From positions 256,001 to 320,000 of the forward strand of contig JBPOFY010000002.1 in assembly GCA_051252375.1 (NCBI GenBank): DNA of 64,000 bases. The letters run 5' to 3'. The notes under the pieces were generated by a model. It searched no databases. It was not told the DNA's origin and saw only the letters and a list, made by a program, of their open reading frames with translations. This stretch comes from Opitutaceae bacterium. GTDB lineage: Bacteria > Verrucomicrobiota > Verrucomicrobiia > Opitutales > Coraliomargaritaceae. This document shows positions 57,950 through 64,000 of the stretch, piece after piece. Position numbers and translations under genes: made by a program. Each line of letters begins with the position of its first letter. Position 1 is the first letter of the stretch.

Positions 57950-59440
57950 CTAGTTTCCGGAATAATCCTGATAGAGGTCCTCCGTATCCTTTCGCAAGGC
58001 TTCAAGGACACTCGCATACTCTGGATTGGCGGCGAGATTGTTCATTTCCAGCGGATCTTTTTCGATGTCATAGAGTTCTTCAATCGGTGGAGTATGCTCG
58101 AAATAGACGAAGTATTTAAACTTCTGCGAGCGGACGCCTCTGCTGCGATAGGAGCGATTGTTTTCGATTAATTCGGCGTTCAGAGCAGCGTGGTCAACTT
58201 TCACTCCTTTGGGTTGGCCGCGTCCTGCCTTGAACATTTCCTCGATAAAGAGGTTTTCCATAAAGACGACGTCCCTCCAGTCGGTGAGGTCAACGGATCC
58301 ATTAATGAATCCTGCTAGACTCTTTCCTTGCACACTCTCAGGGATTTCCACGCCTGCGAGTTCCATAATAGTAGGCGCGACATCGGTAGAAGACACGATG
58401 GCATCGACACGAGTTCCTGGCTGTTTCCCGACTTTCCTTCCGTCCCAGATAATCAGCGGTTGCTTCATCACATCGTCATACAAGATAGCCTTGTCATAGA
58501 TGCCATGAGAGCCATGGAAGCGACCATTGTCACTGGTATAGATAACAACTGTGTTATCCTTCACTCCCATTTCATCTAATTTTTCCATGAGTCTTTTCAC
58601 CTGATGGTCTACGGTTAAACCTTGGGTGGCAAAGCGGCGAGCGAGCTTCTGGTAGAGCTCTGGAGTCGATGTGCGTTCGAGGTGGTATCGGGGGCCTCTG
58701 CCATAATCGAGCACCACCTTGGGTAGCTTCTCATTTTTCCCCTCAACCCAGTTTCCGGGGACAGACATATCCTGATTTGCGAAGACCTCCGTGTCGGGAC
58801 CATACATGTCTCGATCACTGTCATTTTTAACTGCATCGAAGCTCACAGAGAGCACGAAGGGTTGATCCTTTGGCTGAGTATCTAGGAAATGGATCATCGC
58901 ATCTCCTTTGACGATGGTTCGCTCCTTTGGATCTCGATCCTTACTGAAAATCGCTTCTAGCGTTTCATCCATTGGCCAGATCAATCCATTCGGGCTCGTT
59001 TTCGACTTCAGCGCAACGTAGTCAAAGTCGGACTGGTAGGTCGCACGCGGAACGCGGAACCCGAACTTCCCAACAAATCCACTACGATACCCCGCTCTCT
59101 TAAGAGCTGCGTGATAGGTATCATCAAATTCCTCTTTGCTCATCCCTTTATTATGCGGATAAGCAAAGCCATTCTGGTGGCTGGCAAAGTAACGGCCACT
59201 CATCATCGTAGCACGGCTAGGCATACAAATCGCGACTGCATAATAGGCATTGTCGAAAGTGATTCCCTCTGCGGAGAGCTGATCGATGGTTTCTGTCTTG
59301 AACTCAGGACGACCGTAGCAACCTAAAGTATCCCACCTTTGGTCATCTGTCATGACGAAGACAATATTTGGAGGCTTTTCCGCATTTGCTGCAGATAGAG
59401 CAAGCGTCGAGAGGACGAGTAATAATAATTTCTTAATCAT
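57950..59440 (-). CDS. Sulfatase (S1, Cys-type)
   Basis: DDQRWD, CMPSR, GK, SDNG. Confidence 0.92.
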   Translation of the reverse strand: MIKKLLLLVLSTLALSAANAEKPPNIVFVMTDDQRWDTLGCYGRPEFKTETIDQLSAEGITFDNAYYAVAICMPSRATMMSGRYFASHQNGFAYPHNKGMSKEEFDDTYHAALKRAGYRSGFVGKFGFRVPRATYQSDFDYVALKSKTSPNGLIWPMDETLEAIFSKDRDPKERTIVKGDAMIHFLDTQPKDQPFVLSVSFDAVKNDSDRDMYGPDTEVFANQDMSVPGNWVEGKNEKLPKVVLDYGRGPRYHLERTSTPELYQKLARRFATQGLTVDHQVKRLMEKLDEMGVKDNTVVIYTSDNGRFHGSHGIYDKAILYDDVMKQPLIIWDGRKVGKQPGTRVDAIVSSTDVAPTIMELAGVEIPESVQGKSLAGFINGSVDLTDWRDVVFMENLFIEEMFKAGRGQPKGVKVDHAALNAELIENNRSYRSRGVRSQKFKYFVYFEHTPPIEELYDIEKDPLEMNNLAANPEYASVLEALRKDTEDLYQDYSGN

Positions 59441-59557
59441 AAATCGTTTTTATGTTTCACGAATCAATGGCAAAGCAAGCGAGAGCAATGGCAGATGATC
59501 CACACATGGATATTGGGGAGAACTCAATGAAACAGAGTTACAGAATTAGTCATATAG

Positions 59558-59604
59558 ATACTAAACTAATGTCCCTCCCCTACCTATAGCGCTTTTACGC
59601 TATA
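59558..59604 (-). promoter_or_regulatory. Palindromic variant of shared motif (TATAGC-N6-ACGCTA) plus -10 TAGTAT
   Basis: 21-nt spacing to the -10-like hexamer. Confidence 0.45.
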
Positions 59605-59617
59605 AATGGATATAACC

Positions 59618-60433
59618 TCACCGCACCCGTCGACGAATTAGCCCGAGCGTGAGACTTAGACCACTTAGAATAAGGGCACAACTAGCCGACTCTGGAATAC
59701 TCACATATTTAGCAGGATTACCAAACTCGTTATAAAGCGCCTCTAGCGATTCGACCGAATCGTAGATTTTCACATTTGCCAGCTCGAAACCGTATCCCTG
59801 GCTGAGACCTCGATTCGTGCCAAAAACAAAGTCATCTAATTCCAAATTCTGCGTTAAAAGATTGCCATTAACGAGATCTCCGAAGCTCCCATCGGATGAT
59901 GAAATAGTCGTGGACAAATTCCTTCCATCATAGACGAATCCAACATGATACCAAGTATTCGCCTGATGAAGATTAAACGTATCAGTGTTATATTGTCTCT
60001 TCATCGAATCGACACGAATCATAGTCGCTCCACTGAGAGTATAATTGTTATTCTCAATGGATTCACCCGCACTAAAGAACTGAAATGAAGTGGAATCAGC
60101 CCCATTTCTAGAAGCAAAAATCCCCCCATACACATGGTCTTGATCAACAACATCTGTCTTAAACCAAAAAGACACTGTGAATTTCTTAAAATCCTGATCC
60201 GTATCCATCAATAAATAGTTTTGCGGACCTCGAACTACAGCTCTGGAAGTGAATACTGCGACTCCATCTCCCAAAGTAACCGGCAGCTCACCTGCATCGA
60301 CTAAAGAAAGCTCCGCACCGACCTCATTGTCCAAAAGATCGCCATCCGAAAAGTCATAATGTGCGACTAAATCGGCCTCAACATAACAGAATGTTGAAAG
60401 AATGATTCCAGCGATGCAAATGAGACGCTTCAT
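59618..60433 (-). CDS. PEP-CTERM surface protein with LamG/ConA-like domain
   Basis: DLVAHYDF, FTVSFWFK, WYHV..VYDG; IPES plus hydrophobic helix plus RRRVR tail. Confidence 0.85.
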   Translation of the reverse strand: MKRLICIAGIILSTFCYVEADLVAHYDFSDGDLLDNEVGAELSLVDAGELPVTLGDGVAVFTSRAVVRGPQNYLLMDTDQDFKKFTVSFWFKTDVVDQDHVYGGIFASRNGADSTSFQFFSAGESIENNNYTLSGATMIRVDSMKRQYNTDTFNLHQANTWYHVGFVYDGRNLSTTISSSDGSFGDLVNGNLLTQNLELDDFVFGTNRGLSQGYGFELANVKIYDSVESLEALYNEFGNPAKYVSIPESASCALILSGLSLTLGLIRRRVR

Positions 60434-60607
60434 CTTGACCATTGGGGAGTGAATGAAATTCATGGAGACGAGAGATAGGAGTAAAAGAATACTCCAGAGA
60501 AGGTTCTAGCTAAGAAAACGTATCCTAATTAGGTAGTCAATGGGAACAGCTGTAAAAAGAATGTTACTCCAAAGCAGTTAGGTATCGTTTACGGCAATTG
60601 AAGATAA

Positions 60608-62032
60608 CTATTTAAGCTCTAGGCAAACTACCGTGCAGAGTGCATCCAATGGCTCCGACGGCAACTGGATCGTTACTGTGCCACCATCTTGTGTGACTTT
60701 CACTCCTGCCTTCTCGGCATCGGCGAGGAAGTAGGCTTTCGTGACCTTATCCTGATCGAATCCGTGCAACACTATTGGCTCCGTTGGCCAGTCAAACAAG
60801 TGCAGGTAGAGTTTACCTTCGCGACCGGTGGCGAGCCATGCGTAATCTTTCTGCTTATGGCCTTTCTTCGCCTTGCCTGCACCGGTGGCGAGGGCTTCCG
60901 CATCGAGCTTCTTTTGCTCGGCGAGTGAAACATTCTTATACTCGCCCTGCCCTTCAAATATTGTGCCGCGCGCGCCGTAGATGGCTTCGCCGTTGACCTT
61001 CAACCACTCGCCGGCGGCTTCGAGATTCTCAATAGCAGGCTCAGGAATGAGGCCCTCTGCAGTCGGACCAACATTTAGAAGAAATGCCCCACCTTTACTC
61101 ACAACTTCGACGAGCTGCATGATGACTTGCTGTGGTGTCTTCCAATTGTGATCCTGCGCGTTATAGCCCCAGGCTCCGTTCAAAGTCATGCAAGTTTCCC
61201 AGTATTCCCATGGGCTGTGCGGCGGTATCGTGCGGTCGCGGTAGGAAAGAAAATCAACACCGATATCCACTAGCTCATCAAGTTGCGCTTGTTTCAATCC
61301 TTCTACTTGGTTGCCGTGATACATCAGGCGACTATTGATGATTGTATCCGGATTGTGACTACGAACCACCGCTTCAAACTCGCGCCCAAGATCAGCATTC
61401 ATCGAATGCGGCGTATCAAACCAAATGTGAGTGGGGTCATACTGTAAAATCTCCCTCAACTGAGGAATGCCTTTCTCGTCGATGTATTTCCTAAAATCAC
61501 CGCGTTGCGCATCATCCCATTTTCGTCCAGCACCACCGGGGTATTCCCAGTCTTGAGTCTGCGAATAATAAAACCCGAGTTTAATGCCCGCTTTGTCGCA
61601 GGCCGCTTTTAGCTCTTTCAATACGTCACGTTTGAAGGGCGTGTAATCGACGATGTTATAGTCACTTACATCGGAGTCGAACATCGCAAAACCATCGTGG
61701 TGTTTGCTGGTGATGGTGATGTATTTCATGCCAGCGTTCTTAGCGACCGCCACCCACTCTTCTGCGTTGAATTTGGTCGGATTGAACTTCGACGCCATCT
61801 CCTTGTATTCAGCCACTGGTATCTTAGTGCGATTCATGACCCACTCGCCATTTGCCAAGGTGGAATAGACCCCCCAGTGAATGAACATACCATACTTGGC
61901 TTCGTCGAGCCACTCGGCGCGACCCGTGCTGCGCTCCTCAGTGGGCACTGAAACAACTTGAGCCATTGCAGTTTGCGTGAGACTTGCACCGACAAGAAGT
62001 GCTGCAGAATAGAATACTGAAATTGCTTTCAT
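60608..62032 (-). CDS. GH29 alpha-L-fucosidase
   Basis: YGMFIHWG, SKHHDGF, IWFD, WETCMT...WGY, LLNVGP. Confidence 0.95.
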   Translation of the reverse strand: MKAISVFYSAALLVGASLTQTAMAQVVSVPTEERSTGRAEWLDEAKYGMFIHWGVYSTLANGEWVMNRTKIPVAEYKEMASKFNPTKFNAEEWVAVAKNAGMKYITITSKHHDGFAMFDSDVSDYNIVDYTPFKRDVLKELKAACDKAGIKLGFYYSQTQDWEYPGGAGRKWDDAQRGDFRKYIDEKGIPQLREILQYDPTHIWFDTPHSMNADLGREFEAVVRSHNPDTIINSRLMYHGNQVEGLKQAQLDELVDIGVDFLSYRDRTIPPHSPWEYWETCMTLNGAWGYNAQDHNWKTPQQVIMQLVEVVSKGGAFLLNVGPTAEGLIPEPAIENLEAAGEWLKVNGEAIYGARGTIFEGQGEYKNVSLAEQKKLDAEALATGAGKAKKGHKQKDYAWLATGREGKLYLHLFDWPTEPIVLHGFDQDKVTKAYFLADAEKAGVKVTQDGGTVTIQLPSEPLDALCTVVCLELK

Positions 62033-62053
62033 AGATTGATAAGGTCGTTGAAA

Positions 62054-63427
62054 TTAGTAGGCGAGTTTGCCGCCCTTTTTAGGTCTGCCCGCGTGCTCTA
62101 GCCACCACTCGCTGGGGCCTTCGGCTTGGATGTCTTTCCATGTTGTGAACATCGTCTCTTTAAGCTCAGCCAATTTCTCAGGCATTTGCTTGGCGAGGTT
62201 GTTCGATTCGGTCGGATCTTTTTCGACATTGAACAGCTGGAACACGTCCATGGTGTCGTTGCTCACGAGCTTCCAATCGCCGACGCGAACTGCGACACGG
62301 CTACTTGGAGTGGAGACGTGAGTGCGCCAGAAAAGAGGCACTTTGCGCTCGACCGGATTGCCAGCAAAAGCGGGCACCATACTGGCTCCATCAATCGTGC
62401 GATCAGTTGGCACTGGCACACCTGCAGCTTCGAGGACAGTGGTGAAGATATCCGAGCCGATGACTGGAACATTGCTCACAGTGCCTGGCTCGATCTTCCC
62501 GGGCCAGCGCACGATGCCTGGCACGCGAATGCCACCTTCGAGATCGTCGCGCTTACGTCCGCTCAGGCCACCGGTCGAACCGCCCTTCACCCCTCCTTGA
62601 CCTTCAGGTCCGTTATCAGATGTGAAGATCAATAGAGTGTTGTCCGCGAGACCTTGCGCTTCGAGCGCGTCCATCACTTGACCAAGCGCATAATCTAGCT
62701 GCGTGATATTACCGAGATACTTTGCGTTACGATGATCGTCGTAATGAGCCAAGAATGGCTCGTCTGTTGCGATCGGATGGTGCGGTTCATGCACCCAGAC
62801 AGAAAGCACAAACGGCTTGCTCGGATCACGGATATCTTCGAGCCAGTGGATCGCTTCCTTTGCTACAAACGGCGCGGAGAAGCCATTCACTTCGCCTACG
62901 GGCTCCCCGTTACGAATGAAGTTTTTCGGATTCTTATGACTCGGCTCGGCATTATTGTGCGTCGACATCCAATAGTCATAGCCATGATCACCTGGCTGAG
63001 GATACTCAGGATTGTTAAACTGCTGCCTGGAGTTGAGATGCCATTTGCCTACGTGACATGTTTCGTAGCCTGCCTCCTTTAACAACTTTGGATAAGTGAT
63101 TTCCGATGTCCGCAAATGTGCAGGTCCGTTCCCAGAAAGGTGAGCCCATACCCCGTTACGATATGGCGTGCGCCCGGTCAGAATCGCGGAGCGCGATGGC
63201 GAACAAACCCCACAAGCGGCATAAGCTTGGGTAAAACGCACCCCCTCCGAGGCAAGCTTATCGATATTCGGACTGACGATTAGATCACTACCGTAAACAG
63301 CGGAATCGCCCCACCCCATATCGTCGGCCAAAAAGACCACAATATTCGGACGTGTGTCCGCAGCATTTAAAAAACTGGCCGCCGACAATAGTAGCGAAGC
63401 CAAAAGAGGAAATCGAGAGAGTGACAT
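62054..63427 (-). CDS. Sulfatase (S1, Cys-type)
   Basis: DDMGWGD, CSPSR, GKWHL, SDNG. Confidence 0.93.
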   Translation of the reverse strand: MSLSRFPLLASLLLSAASFLNAADTRPNIVVFLADDMGWGDSAVYGSDLIVSPNIDKLASEGVRFTQAYAACGVCSPSRSAILTGRTPYRNGVWAHLSGNGPAHLRTSEITYPKLLKEAGYETCHVGKWHLNSRQQFNNPEYPQPGDHGYDYWMSTHNNAEPSHKNPKNFIRNGEPVGEVNGFSAPFVAKEAIHWLEDIRDPSKPFVLSVWVHEPHHPIATDEPFLAHYDDHRNAKYLGNITQLDYALGQVMDALEAQGLADNTLLIFTSDNGPEGQGGVKGGSTGGLSGRKRDDLEGGIRVPGIVRWPGKIEPGTVSNVPVIGSDIFTTVLEAAGVPVPTDRTIDGASMVPAFAGNPVERKVPLFWRTHVSTPSSRVAVRVGDWKLVSNDTMDVFQLFNVEKDPTESNNLAKQMPEKLAELKETMFTTWKDIQAEGPSEWWLEHAGRPKKGGKLAY

Positions 63428-63482
63428 AAGCAATGTGTGTGCGGGTGATGGAGCGGCGATGAGTCAGCGCTTCCTAATCGTT

Positions 63483-63527
63483 ATAGTAACCCACCTGGAC
63501 TCCATCGCATATCCCATAATCACGTGA
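63483..63527 (-). promoter_or_regulatory. Candidate activator site TATCCC-N6-ACGTGA (63510-63527) plus -10 TACTAT
   Basis: 21-nt spacing; lies directly downstream of the NarL-type regulator gene. Confidence 0.6.
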
Positions 63528-63553
63528 TGATACGCCTTGAGCGCTCGAACCGC

Positions 63554-64000
63554 TTAATCAAACAGACCGAGCCTAAATGCTTTTGAAACAGCAGAAGGCG
63601 CATTACGCACATTGAGCTTCTCATAAATATGCCGCACGTGAGTATCGACTGTGGAATAACCTATACCGAGCTGATCGCAGATTTCTTTTTTCACAAGACC
63701 ATCACTGAGTAGCACCAAGACTTCTAATTCCCGCTCACTCAGGGCGGCAGCAATTTCCTCCTGCGGAAGCTTGGTCTTTAATGTATTCAAGACAAATTTC
63801 GCAACGGTGCGGTCTAGGCTGGCACCGCCTGCGGCCACCAAACGTATGCCATCTTTGATTTCATTGATAGTGGAAGACTTGAGCAAATAACCCGCGGCAC
63901 CAAGCGAGATCGCCTTGAGGACGTCCGCTTCCTTATCAGACTGCGTCAGGATGATCACCTTCGCATTGGGAATCGACTCGATAAAATAAGGAAGCGCTTC
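63554..64000 (-). CDS. NarL/LuxR family response regulator (5'-truncated by window edge)
   Basis: IIILT...GAAGYLLK receiver end; LSERELEVL...G...KEI...TV.THV..IY.KL helix-turn-helix. Confidence 0.93.
   Translation of the reverse strand, partial: EALPYFIESIPNAKVIILTQSDKEADVLKAISLGAAGYLLKSSTINEIKDGIRLVAAGGASLDRTVAKFVLNTLKTKLPQEEIAAALSERELEVLVLLSDGLVKKEICDQLGIGYSTVDTHVRHIYEKLNVRNAPSAVSKAFRLGLFD

Overview
64 kb of a bacterial chromosome. It is most likely a marine Verrucomicrobiota (Opitutia; Lentimonas/Coraliomargarita-like), inferred from many Cys-type sulfatases, GH29/GH95 fucosidases, a PEP-CTERM protein and GTAG-type REP elements. Core genes (sufE, tatD, two pilT, glgB, lptD, scpA, trxA, dciA, hpf, purH, purF, tRNA-Leu-CAA) are interleaved with accessory blocks. 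(1) An integrase-less integron cassette array (3 cassettes, 15564-17191) whose first cassette has a non-canonical GAT core. (2) Two paralogous, structurally conserved candidate small RNAs with GGGGU loops in the 20495-20790 intergenic region; this is the best candidate for an undescribed system. (3) An RLAN-RimK ligase plus GNAT/C39-like gene pair. (4) A sulfide/sulfane-sulfur cluster (rhodanese, ArsR, SQR, TusE, DsrE2, FadL, redoxin, peroxiredoxin) lying between purF and purH. (5) A roughly 17 kb fucoidan-type polysaccharide utilisation cluster. A shared motif, TATCCC-N6-ACGTGA, lies 20-21 nt upstream of a -10 box in up to five promoters and links this cluster to genes at the left end of the window. 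All calls come from reading the sequence and ORF translations; no database searches were run.
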